Below are positions 1 through 12,217 of a DNA stretch of 64,000 nucleotides, one piece after another. The stretch lies in contig NC_043019.1 of the NCBI RefSeq assembly GCF_006345805.1, forward strand, positions 15,623,360-15,687,359, in the 5' to 3' direction. Each line of letters starts with the position of its first letter. Within the stretch, counting starts at the first letter, position 1. Source of the stretch: Octopus sinensis. Lineage: Eukaryota. Below the pieces are notes generated by a model, which saw nothing but the letters and a program-made list of their open reading frames with translations, was not told the DNA's origin and did not search any database. Made by a program: the position numbers and the translations under genes.

Positions 1-1289
1 ACTTGGAGACATCTTTGGATTTAATGAATTTTGGATTTAATACTATATAATTATAAATAATTATAATAATACTATACAATAGTAAATAATTATGATAATA
101 TTTTTGGGTAAAGTCATATTCAGCATGTTCAGGTGCACTTGGATGTAAGAAAGCCTGCTGCTGCAAAGCTAGTCCTGGGAGAAAATTATTTTTTTTAGGT
201 TTGTGTGATAGTACAAGATTGGGTTGTGAATGACATCACTGGATTATACTACGCCTGTATTTCCATGTTGTTTGCATTTCTTCAGCTATGAATGCCAAAT
301 TTGTCAGTCACAGCATGGTAAGAATGAAATAATTGTTCTTGAAATAGCATATGAAACGTATGCTGATGTGTATGTTATAATAATACCATATAAACATGGT
401 TTCAAATTTTGACAGAAGGCCAGTAATTTTAGAGGAGAACATTAATTGATTACAGCAGCCCCAGTTAAGTAATTTGTCTGGTGTGTTATCAGTTCTGCTT
501 GTTCACTACCTTAATTATAATAATGATAAGGATTGTTGTTTCAAATTTTGTCATAAAGCCATCAAATTAGGGAAGGTGGTTTGTTTTATTACATCGAACC
601 TCATACTTGACTGGTACTTTATTCTTATTGACCCTGAAAGGATAAAAAGCAAAGTTGACATTGATGGGATTTGAACTCAGAGCATTAAGAGCCACAAGAA
701 ATACTGGTATATATTTTGCCTGATGTGCTAACAATTCTACCAGCTCACCTATACAGCCCTGAAACTCTCTTGTCTCCCTAATTGCTTTCTGTTTGTTTTG
801 GTATCACACCAAAAGGATTTTCACCAGTTTTACAGAAATCTGCTTTTTCTCCACTTTGCAACAATTATACTTCTGTTTTGCAGTCATACTGGAGCAGTAC
901 TGTCAATATGTGATTTTCAATTGCTAAAATCAGTCATGAAGCAGCATTTCTAATTTGGGTCATCATCATCAACATTTAACGTTCATGTTTCATGCTGGCA
1001 TGGGTTGGACAGTTCAACAGGAACTGGCTCATTCAGGGACTGCATCATGCCCGACTCTCCACTTTGGCTTGGTTTCTATGACTGGCTACCCTTCCTAATG
1101 CTAACCACTTTACAATATGTACTGTGTGCTTTTTTCATGTCACCAGTGCTCGTGCAGTTGCCATGCACCTTGCAAGACTACAAACCCTGGGAAAGGCAAG
1201 TTTATGCTAGAAGAGGGGTTAAAGTATGAGAGAAAGTACCAGAGCAGAACAGTTTTCTTGTTTTGGAGGGGTTACATAGCTACTTGCAT

Positions 1290-1513
1290 TTTAGCCATTT
1301 AGTCACATCTGACCCGAATATTCTACCCATTTTGTGTAAAAGCTAACCAGATCTGGCCTCTCTTACCTGTTGTACAATGTCTTTCTAAAAATAGACAACT
1401 ACATCATCAAACATCAAAATCTCAAAGCTACAAGGAAATGCATGATTAATTCAAAACAATGTGAATAAATAAGCATTACATATGACAAAATAATTTGAAT
1501 GCTAAAGGTTTAA
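1290..1513. mobile_element. piggyBac-type MITE, same family as 45231-45679
   Basis: Ends in aatgctaaaggt-ttaa; interior matches 45231-45679 in the opposite orientation; partial copy near 31725-31870. Confidence 0.55.
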
Positions 1514-1599
1514 ATGTGAAGATGGGGAAGGTTGGTCAGGGAGGAACTGTGAAGAGATAAAAGGTACCTGTGTAGACCCTCAAGGTATGAAGGTTATCT

Positions 1600-2410
1600 T
1601 CATACCTGGGTTGCCCTCTTCTGCAAGCTCCATCCACATCAAATGATAAGTACATCTTTATACAGCTGTCCTTATTCATACGCATCACATGTCCATACCA
1701 GCACACTCTTCTTTCTTATGCACCACATTTAATCCCTTGGGTGTTGCTGAGAATTGCATATTGCCAGTCATCTTGATCCCTTGTCAGGGACCAGGATGAC
1801 TGAGATCAGCCTTCACCACTTCACCCCATATCATTCTGAGTTTCCCTCTTCCACAAGCTCCATCTACATGATCATCACTTCTCTATACAGCTGTTCTCAT
1901 CCATATGCATCACATAGCCATACCAGCTTAGTCTTCTTACTTAATTAAACACACATCTGATTCCTCCTGGGTGTTCTTGAGAACCACCCCTCACCAGCCA
2001 TCGCGGTCCTTTGTCATCTCCAAGAGATTCAAAATCCTGAAATCAGCCTTCACTACTCTATCTCATGTCTTCCTGGGTCTCCCTTTTCTGCAACCCCAAT
2101 CCACGTTAAACGATGAGCCCTTCTTTATACAGCTGTCCTCATTCATAAACATTACATGTCCATACCAGCACAGTCTTCTTTCTTGCACACGACCTCCATT
2201 AATTCTTGGATTGTCTTAAGAACTGCATATTGCCAGTCATCTTAGTCTCTTGACATCTCCGCTGAGTGTTAAGCCTTCACTTTGTCCCATGTCTCCTCGG
2301 GTCTCTCCCTTCTGCAAGCTCCTTCATTAAATGATGAGCCCTTTATACAGCCGTCCTCATCCATACACATCACATGCCCATACTCGTGCATATGACATCT
2401 GATACCTCTT
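1600..2410 (-). mobile_element. About four head-to-tail, diverged copies (~230-240 bp) of an RTE-clade LINE 3' end
   Basis: Recurring ccataccagc (RWYGH), tttatacagctgtcctcattcat (MNEDSCIK) and gagaactgcatattgccagtcatc. Unit starts near 1741, 1971 and 2211. Confidence 0.75.
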
Positions 2411-3089
2411 AATTGTTCTCTAATGAGCCAGATAATTACTTACTTTTTCTTTTTACCCTCCACCCTAGCTATAGATTACATTATTCTACTGATACAGATA
2501 TGGATGTGGAACTATTTTGCAACTATTTCTTGTATTTTTCTGTATTGTTTCCTTTTTTATATATATACCACCTCTGTTCTACATTGAGATGGGAGTGATC
2601 AAAGTTGATTAAAGAAACACACAGAGGTGTTTAGTAAAATACCCCTCTCACACGCACACACACATATAGTATGTGTTTTGTGTATGTGAGAAGGAGAGAA
2701 AGCAATAGATATAATATGCTTTTTGTTCTATTAAGTTTAGATAAACAGCAGTTTAAAACTTTATCTGAATGGCTTTATTATTTTTTTATATTTCTTATCG
2801 TAATGTCATTCATTTGATACTGATAAAATAGAAGCTGTTTGGCGGAGGGTGGGGTTGTTGTGCATATATATTTTTATCAAATTTATTATTGTTGTTGTTG
2901 TTGTTATTATTGTTACACTGTACTGAGTGTTATAATAGGTAGCAAGCAATAGCTAGGAAGGTGATTAAAATGCCCTCCCTCCCTCACTCACCTATCCACT
3001 CACACCTCCATCTTAATGCCAACTAAAGAGAGAATGATAGAGAGAGAAAGAGGGGGGCAGGGGAGGGAGAGGCTTATTTGTCTAAGAAG

Positions 3090-3099
3090 CTATTTATAG
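3090..3099. promoter_or_regulatory. MEF2-consensus site CTATTTATAG
   Basis: Exact CTA(A/T)4TAG match in unique sequence after a purine-rich tract; motif match only. Confidence 0.3.
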
Positions 3100-4813
3100 G
3101 GTTACTAAATACCAAACCTAGCAAGCCAAGAGTCTGGTACATACATCAGAATGTTATTTTTCTTAACAGCTCATTATCATTCTAAAATAAAAGCTTCATT
3201 TTTTTGAATCAAAATTCTTGTGTTTTTCCTGTCCATGCCCAAAGCAAGCAGTCGGAATAATTCGCAATAAAACTAAAGCCAGCCATATCTCTCCTTTCTT
3301 GCGCACATGAAGCATGAGATTGGATCAGAAATCAGGTGTCGAAACACATTTGGTTGGTTGAAATACGTATATATTATTGTCGTTGCTGTTGTTGTTGTTG
3401 GTTCAAACATATATTGTTGTTTGTTTCTGATGTAAAGTTGGTAGTGCATTGGATAAAATGCCTTGTGGTTATTTGTTCCAGTCCTTGGCATTCTGAGTTC
3501 AAATTCTGCTGTGATTGACAGACACTGCCTTTCCTCCTTTTTTATTTTTGTCTTTTATCTTTTTCTCGTTTCAGTCATTAGATTATGGTTAAGCTGGAGC
3601 ACCACTTTGGAAAGTTTTAGTCAAAGAAATCACCTCCAGTATTTATTTTTTAAATACTGGCACTTAAGCTGTCTGTTTCTTTTGATTTTTGCTAAACCAC
3701 GAAGTTGTAGGGGATGGTGAAAAAAAAATACTGCTAAGCATTTCGCCCAGCATCACCATCACTTCATTACTACCACCAGCATCATATTAGTACACACTGT
3801 ACAATATATACTAGAAAGGCATCTGACTGCTGAAAGTCTGCTTCATTAAATGCCATCTGACCTATGCAAATATGGACAAGTGAATGTTACAATGATGATG
3901 ATGATGATGATCTGCTTTCTGAGTTCAAATCCGGCCTGAATCAACTTTACTTTATGTCCTTCCAAGTTGATAAAACAAGTCCCGGGTCAGGTACTGGCAG
4001 TCAATATATTCACTGTCCCTGCTCCTTCTAACTCTTGACCTTGTATCTAAGAAACCATTATTTTTGTTATTGTTGTTATTATTTATGTTAAAAGAAAAAA
4101 ATTGGTGTTGTTGTTTAACCCCAGGTCAAACCCTGTTGAGGCAGTGATCTATGATCAAAGACTGAAAGACATTCCAGCCAGGTCAATGTTTCTTTCATGG
4201 AATATCATGGAGTGTATTATCTGCTCGCATTCTACAGTCATAAGGATTCATAAGGTGGAATTTGAGGGGAAATTTAGCTGCTATTTTTTTTACAGCTTAA
4301 GCTGACATATAAAGGCTTTCTCATAGCTTATTGTTGTTGCTGTTATTGTTACTTCTGTTTTGTGACTTCCCAGCTGTTTTACTGATAATAGACCAGTCAT
4401 GTTTCCCAACCTTGGTACCAGATTTTTTTTTTGTTATATTTCAGCATGCCCTGAATAATAAATGTGTGTGTGTGTGCATATTATGATTGACCAGAGTATT
4501 GGATGTTATTGTACATCGCTGGTTACAATGTGCTTTGCATTGTTTTAGCTTTCAAATGATGCCACCCCACTGGCAAGGTGAGCAAGCCAACAGTTCCTAC
4601 CCTGATCGGAAGACTAGTCCATTGCAGGGTTGCCCACTTACAGCTGAGTGGACTGGTGCAATATGAAATGAAAGGTTTTCCTCAAGAATACAATGCACCT
4701 CACTGTCTGGATATCAAACCCACAATCTAGCGATTGTGTGTGCAACACCCTAAGCACTTGGGCATGTCCCTTCACATGTATATGTGTGTGTGCTCTAATA
4801 TGTTGCCATTACA

Positions 4814-5008
4814 AGGTGGCGAGCTAGCAGAAACGTTAGCATGCAGGGCAAAATGCTTAGCGGTATTTCATCTGTCTTTACATTCAGCTTTACCTTTCAT
4901 CCTTTCGTGGTCGATAAATTTAGTACCAGTTGCATACTGGGGTTGATCTAATCGACTGGCCCCATCCTCAGAAATTCTGGGCCTTGTGCCAGGAATAGAA
5001 AAGAATAG
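4814..5008 (+). mobile_element. SINE family B copy
   Basis: ggcgagctagcagaaacgttagc head and ctttcatcctttc..gtcgataaat..gtaccag core. Further + copies at ~15762, 17486, 30736, 40615, 40760, 49213, 60338, 62465 and 62645. Confidence 0.85.
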
Positions 5009-5009
5009 G

Positions 5010-5200
5010 TTGTCATACCAGCATTTTCTTCTTTTCAGCTCTTCCTTCCCACCCTTATATAACGTGAATTTGGCCATGTACCTCCTCTATAGCAAAACAC
5101 CTGTGCCTATCATTTTATCACACTTTAGCCTCTCAATGCCCAACATAATGCCACCTGCCTCTCTACAGCTACCCTACTCAGTCAAAGATCTTTTCTGCAT
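5010..5200 (-). mobile_element. Highly decayed RTE-like LINE fragment
   Basis: EELKRRKCWYD resembles the RTE RRRRLRWYGH motif. Confidence 0.35.
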
Positions 5201-5616
5201 TTGGTGAGTTTCTTGGTTGACCCCATTAGTGCTGGTATCACAAAATATGCACCCAATACACTTTGTTAAGTGAGTGGTACCAAGAAAGGCATTCAGCTGT
5301 TGAATCTCTGTGACAACAAACACGGGAGCTCAATGCAGTCCTCCACCTCACTGGATTCTGCCAAACCATCCAATCCATTTTAAAACTGATGGTGGGCATG
5401 AAATGATGATACATACCATAACTGATGGTATATAATATACATTTTCTTTAACAAAAAATCAAAAGGGGTGCAAAAAAAAATCATCCTGGGCTCTGTATGT
5501 AATGTTGGGTTCATATAACATCCTTTAATGCAATAAAAACTGAATATGCCACTGTTGAAATTGGGATACATGTGTGTGTATGTGTGTGCATGCATGGGCA
5601 TCTGTGAATGCACAGG

Positions 5617-5651
<35 letters not shown>

Positions 5652-6464
5652 ATGCAGTATATTTGAATATCTCAGATTTCTTTTTGAAAATTCTGTAATA
5701 TTGAGCTCCTTGTTGATTATCTCAGAAAAAAAAAGACAGCCCTATTGATTTGAGAATAAAATTTTAAAACCATGTACAATGCAAGAAAGATAAATTATAA
5801 GAAGACTATGTCAGAAGTCTTGCCTTATTGCAAAACTTAAATGAATCTAATTGGCATCGAAATATTTACCATGGTTGTTCTAAATTATTGCGAAACTCAT
5901 ATGAACGTTACATTGAAACATTTACTGCGATAGCCCTGTATTATTGCAAAAAATAAATTAATGTAATTAAGACTGAACATTTACAGCATGGAAGCCAAGT
6001 TGTAGTTGCACAAAAACATTGAAGTTTTCTTGTTTTCTTTTCTTTTGTTTTTTCTTTTGTTTTTACATAAAGACAATCAACATTATCTTCTATGTTACAA
6101 TACATCTGCAGTTCCTCGCAGTGCTGTTTACTATCTCCTGTTTGCCATGTTGTAGGGACAGTGTTAAAACACATTATTCCAATATCTCCTGTTGTTTTTC
6201 TGCCAGTATTATCTCCCCGAATGTTTCTATTACGTCAGATGCAACCTTTGCTGATAATCCGTACATTTGTCTTGTTTCTGCTTCCGTTTATCTATGTTCT
6301 ATATCTCTTCTGCTCTGTAGCAGAAATGTTTCTGCTTGATAGTGTATAGGCCAGGGCTGAGGGACCTTCTGGCCTCTCAGGCGCTTAGGTGTGGACTTCC
6401 GGAAAAACTCAGAAGTTTGCATTATGAAAAAGATAAAAAAAAATAAAACAGATCTATTAATCTT

Positions 6465-6718
6465 TCATCTTTTACTTGCTTCAGTCATTGGACTGCGGTC
6501 ATGCTGGGGCACTATCTTGAAAAATTTTAAACACATTGACTTCTGAACTTATTATTTTTTAAGACAGATATTTATTCTAACAGTCTATTATGCTGAACCA
6601 CCAACTTATGGGGACATAAACAAACCAACACAGTCGTCAAGCAGTACTAGGGGACAGTTGTCAGGCGGTAGTGGTGGACAAATACAGACTTGAAGATGCA
6701 CACACACACACATATCTG

Positions 6719-6749
<31 letters not shown>

Positions 6750-6905
6750 GATGGGTTTCTTTCAGTTTCCATCTACAAAATTCACAAGGCTTTGGTTGGC
6801 TTGAGGTTATAGCAGAAGACACTTGCCCAAGGTGTCATGCAGTGGGGTCTGAACCCTGAACCATGTAGTTGTGAAACAAACTTCTTACCACATAGCCAAC
6901 CTGCA
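6465..6905 (-). mobile_element. Family C SINE
   Basis: Reverse complement of the family C consensus. Other minus-strand copies at ~7725, 28545, 42400, 43585, 46810, 50625 and 50968. Confidence 0.85.
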
Positions 6906-8224
6906 CCTTTTTGCTAAAAGCATAATATATTTATTCTAACATTGTTAAATTTTTTTAAAAATGAAAATTTAAATAGTTACTCTCAGTTTCTATTTCTTAC
7001 TCTAATATTTTTAATTATATTTTCTCAATAATTATAATTACATATTCTCGTATCATCCTCCTCTTCTTTATCATCATCATCATCATCATAATGTTCACTT
7101 TTTCACACTTGCATGACTGGAAGGAGTTTATTGATGCAGATTTTCTATGGCTGGATGCTCTTCCTGTTGCCTACACTTACCTGTTTCCAAGCAAGGTTAA
7201 TATTTCCTTATGGCCACATGTCTTTTGCAAAATATTGGAAATGAGTGATGTCCATTTACAATAATCACGTGATGTCGAGAGAAAGAGATGCAAACACTCT
7301 CACACTCACTCACACATACTTATATGCATGCATGCAAACACATACACACACGCTTTATTTTCAGGTTAACAAGGCTACCATTGGTTTCATGCCAAGAATT
7401 CTCATCCAAGATGAAAACAAGTATCAATGTCTCATGTGGCAGGCTTGATAATTGCTAAGAATCTTCTACATGAAACCAATGGTAGCCTTGTTAACCCAAA
7501 AATAAAGACTATCCACCAATGTGTTGTTGACCACTCATCCTTACTGTTCAATACTAGTGTGTGTGTATATGTATATGATGATGATACACACACACACACA
7601 CACATACACACACCTATGACAGGCTTTTATTTTCCCAAGGTGCGGGCTCAGCCCACCTAGGGTGAATGCTGCTGCAAGTATACACACACACAGGTATAAG
7701 GATTTAGTTTAACAAATTGAACCCAATACTTATTATTATTATTATGTTTTTTTAAAGTCTGGTACTTATTTCATAAATCTCTTTTGCTGAACTGTCAAGT
7801 TACAAGGATGTAAACATACCAACACTGGTTGTGAAGCAGTAGGTGGGGGACAAAGACAAATGCAAAGGCACACACACACATATTACAGGCTCCTACTCAG
7901 TTTCTATCTACCATGTCTTCTTTCAAATCAATGGTCAGCTGGGAGCTTACATAGAAGCCATTTGCCCTTGGTGCCAAGCGCTGGGACTGAACCTGAAACC
8001 ATGTGGTTGCAAAGTTAGCTTTTTATCTACACATCCATGCCTGAAAACACGCACACACAAGCACGCACACACACAAACACGCACACACACACACACGCTT
8101 TCATTCATCAAGCTTTCATCTACCACCTTGCTTTAATTGCTGTACCACTGGATTGAACTTGGGACTACATAGCTGAAGAAGCTTGCTTACCTGTCACACA
8201 ACCCAACCCAGTAATCTTTGCTAT

Positions 8225-8725
8225 GTACATCATCAGCCATCACCAAGATCCCTTAACTGATGCAAGTCAGTCATTGGGGCATTACTCCAGGCAATTTCAT
8301 AGTCAGCCATTGCCACTGGTCTCTCTTCTCTGCCTAGTAAGGTTCCCTATATTTTCTCTGCATCTCGTTCACCCTTCCCAAAGAATTGTTTTGGACGGGG
8401 AATTGTATCGGGGCACATGACCATACCAGACAAGCTTTTGTCTTTTTATCTGAGCAAGAGTGGTTCCTGTCTGCCAGCGTATTTGTTGTCTTGCTGTCTG
8501 ACAAAGCTGTTCATTTTGTGCTCCGTGTACAAGACATGTAATCGCCTTCTGAAGCATTTGTGCTCTAACGCCAGGATTTTTTGCTCTGTCAGCTGTAAGA
8601 GTCCGGTTCTCATACCCATCAGGGTCTTGTACAGTCTGAGTCTTGTTGGAAAAACTAATGGAATTTCTTCTCCATATGTTCTTTTTAACTTCATTGCCAT
8701 GTACATCTGAATTTAAAACAAAATA
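8225..8725 (-). mobile_element. RTE-clade LINE 3' fragment
   Basis: Frameshifted pieces TEQKILALEHKCFRRRLHVLYTEHKMNSFVRQQ...AGRQEPLL and KRQKLVWYGHVPRYNSPSKTILWEG. Confidence 0.85.
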
Positions 8726-9404
8726 AAAAAAGTTAACTTCCATTGTCAGTAGATAACATATGTTGTATGTAATGGCTCGTTTAGTAAATGTTGTAACTAA
8801 TCTAATCAGTAGCTTGTTATCTTCTTAAGGAAAGGATTGGTGAATCTCTCTCCCTCCCTCCCTCACTCACTCCTTTTACATCCACCATTAACACTACCCT
8901 GATTCTGCTGATTTCTTTAAATATATAAAGTTAAAGTTCTTTTAATTGACCTGATAAATGTTTTCTATTCAGAGTACAAAATACATAACACGTATATATA
9001 TATGAACATACAATTGTGCGTGCATGTTTGTGTGTGCTTGTGTGTGTATGTATATATATTTGTGTGTGTGTATGTATTTATGTGTATGTATGTTGGGTAA
9101 TATAAACAGGATAATAGTCAAAATATGTGTGTGTATACATATATATACGTAGGTGCAGACATTGGCTGTGTGGTAAGAAATTTGCTTCCTAACCACGTGG
9201 TTCTGAGTTAGATTTCTTCAGCATGGCCACAGTCAAGTAACTGAAATGTATAAAAGAGTATATGTATGTGTGTGTGTATGTAATGCACGTACGTATACAT
9301 ATATATTTATACACACACACATATATATACATATATATATATACACACACATATAAATACATATATACACACATACATATAGGTACATGAATGTATATAT
9401 ACAT

Positions 9405-9435
<31 letters not shown>

Positions 9436-9503
9436 TACACACACATAGAAATGGATGCGTGGCATTCAATTAAATAATAATATAAATAATATATATATAC
9501 TTG

Positions 9504-9823
9504 TGCATATATGGGTACAGGATGTCACCAACTGTAAACAACATGAAGTATAAAAACAAGCAAGTTAAATATGTAAACAAGAGAAAAAAATTTGAAAACA
9601 GGACAAGTAACACAAAGGTCGACCTTTCATCAGTCATCAGCTGTCTATCTACTCCTCATTTTGAGCATTTGACGAGTAGACAGACAGCCGACAACTGATG
9701 ATGGATTGTTCTTTGTGTTACTTGTCCTGTTTTCAAATTTTTTCCTCTTGTTGTTTATGTATTTAACTCACCTGTTTTCATACTTCATGATGTTTACAGT
9801 TAGTGACATCCTATACCCATATA

Positions 9824-9827
<4 letters not shown>
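9504..9827. repeat. Foldback (long inverted repeat) element, ~320 bp
   Basis: Arms tgcatatatgggtacaggatgtcaccaactgtaaac...ggacaagtaacacaaag and ctttgtgttacttgtcc...gtttacagttagtgacatcctatacccatatatgca. Pairing continues inward (catcag...tctactc / gagtaga...ctgatg). Sits in (TA)n. Confidence 0.9.
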
Positions 9828-9867
<40 letters not shown>

Positions 9868-9901
9868 TACATCCATATATATATTTGTATACATACATAT
9901 A

Positions 9902-10447
9902 TCATCATCATCATCATTTAATGTCCGTTTTCCATGCTAGCATGGGTTGGACGGTTCGACCAAGGTCTGGGAAGCCAGGAGGCTGCACCAGGCTCTAGTC
10001 TGATCTGGCAGTGTTTCTACAGCTGGATGCCCTTCCTAATGCCAACCACTCCGTGAGTGTAGTGGGTATTTTTTACATGCCACCGGCACAGGGGGCTGGC
10101 AAATGGCCATGATCGTTTGGTGCTTTTACGTGTCACCGACATGGATGCCAGTCAGGTGGTGCTGGCATCTTCCACGTCCAGATGGGTGTCTTAACTACAA
10201 TTTCCATTTGATTTTTATTTTGATGTTGGATATATATATATTTATATACATACATATATACATACATATATACACACATATATATATACATATATATATA
10301 TATGTACACACATATACAGATATATATATATACATACATATATATGTACACACGCATATATATATGTACACACACACATGCATATATATATATATATATA
10401 TAGCATGGAAAACGGACGCTAAACGATGATGATGATGATGATGATGA
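9902..10447 (-). mobile_element. Family A SINE followed by an inverted copy of its own 3' tail
   Basis: Starts catcatcatttaatgtccgttttccatgcta; after a (TA/CA) tract ends tagcatggaaaacggacgctaaacgatgatgatg. Confidence 0.75.
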
Positions 10448-10569
10448 TATACTTCGTTTTGAGATCACCAATACTTCATTATCTCCCCTTCTTCCTAGCT
10501 CTCATGTCTAACTACTTTTGTCCAACTATTCACCATAATTAGCCATTACCCCCCCCCACACACACACAC

Positions 10570-10740
10570 ACACAATTTTTTCATTTTCTTGCTGTTTATT
10601 TCCTTGTGTTCCTTTCTGTTGAAGTGTATAGGCTCGAAACTTAAAAGACTTTCTCACCTTCGTGAGTGTCAAACTAATACACCTGCTTGTTGTTTATACA
10701 CCTGTCTTCATCTTTCGTTTTTCTGTAAATTTCAACTATA
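10570..10740 (+). mobile_element. Penelope-like element terminal (pLTR) relic
   Basis: Flanked by (CA)n and carries a minimal hammerhead-like motif typical of PLE termini. Confidence 0.55.
10612..10647 (+). ncRNA. Decayed minimal type I hammerhead ribozyme
   Basis: CTTT-CTGTTGA-A-GTGT-ATAG-GCTC-GAAAC-TTA-AAAG. Stem I is CTTT/AAAG; core CUGAUGA has one substitution; GAAA is intact; stem II is partly mismatched. Confidence 0.6.
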
Positions 10741-12217
10741 CACACACAAGCACACACACACATATGTAGTAGCAAAAAAGGAAGAAAAGAATTTCGATTA
10801 TCCCCACGTAGTTAGTTGTAATGTGAAAATGATAGTTATAGTATAAGAAAGGAAAATGCACACCGTTTACATAGTTTTAATATATTTTATAAGTGAAAGA
10901 GTATTGTATTTGATGATCGGTTTCACTTTTGCTAATAGTAACTTTGAAAATATAGTAATTTCATATTTTCTTAGGAAGATTTTAATCCATGTTGTGTGTG
11001 GAGAAGTCCACACAACAGGGACTAAAATCTTAAGAAAAAAACGAAATTACAATAATTTCAGTGTCGTGATTAGCAAAAGCGAAACCGGTCGACAAACACA
11101 ATACTCTTTCACTTATAAGCTATATTAAAACTATGAAAACTGAGTGCATTTTCGTTCTTTTATTCTATATATATATATTAGCTTGTTTTAGTTATCAGAC
11201 TGCAGCCATGCTGGGTCATCACTTTGAATTGGTTAGCCAAACAAATTGATCTCAGTACTTATTTTTCGGTTCTTTTTACTAAACTAAGTTAAGAGGACGT
11301 AAACAAACCAACACTGGTTGTCAAGTGATGGTATGGACAAACACATATAATCCCAGCATGTCCACAATCTAACGAGTGAAACAAGTAAAAAATAAAAGAT
11401 TATACTTCTTCTGTTTTACCTTTTTTGTGTATGTGTGAGTGTGGTGTGCCTGGGAGGGGGTGTATTGGGGTTGTGTTCTGACCCTTTATTTTAACAAAAA
11501 AGTTTATAAACAAACAACCATTCTGTGTTTTGTTTTTGTTAGAATTCCTTAGATAGGCAGCTATATATGCTCTGTAGACAAATATTATCTCCTGGCTTTG
11601 GTTACATTTGCAGTTGGCTGCTAACTACACTAGGCTGGGTTCCGCCCTCACACGAGTAATAATAATAATAATAATTATAATGATGATGATGATGGTAATG
11701 ATAATAACTATAATAAAGTCTTTATATACATTGTTGGTTGTTGCCTTTACTGTAAATGTATATATAGGCATCATTTGATGACATAAAAGCTCAGTAATTC
11801 TTGATTAGTGGCCGTTCTTAATCTGACAATTTCTGCTAGAATTTATTCTGAGATGCAGGGGGGGGGGAAGTAAGGAAAACAAAATCAAACAATTGGAGTA
11901 ATGCATGGTCTAATTCCAACATTTGTATGCATACGCATATATATATATATGTATGTATGTATGTATGTATACACACACATGTATATATGAAGCTGTCTGC
12001 AAAGCTTAAGTGTTTGGCTTTGCTCCATGCTACCCTCACCTCCACCCACTTCCATTCGGATTGCACTCCCCGTCACTATCTCATTGCTACTCTTTATTTT
12101 CTTTGTATAATTCTACATAAGTAATATTACAATAAATCCCATTTTTTTTTCCCCAAATATTACTGTTATTGTTATACGGATGGACTAAAAGATTGAGAAC
12201 TGATAAAAGATTTGAAT

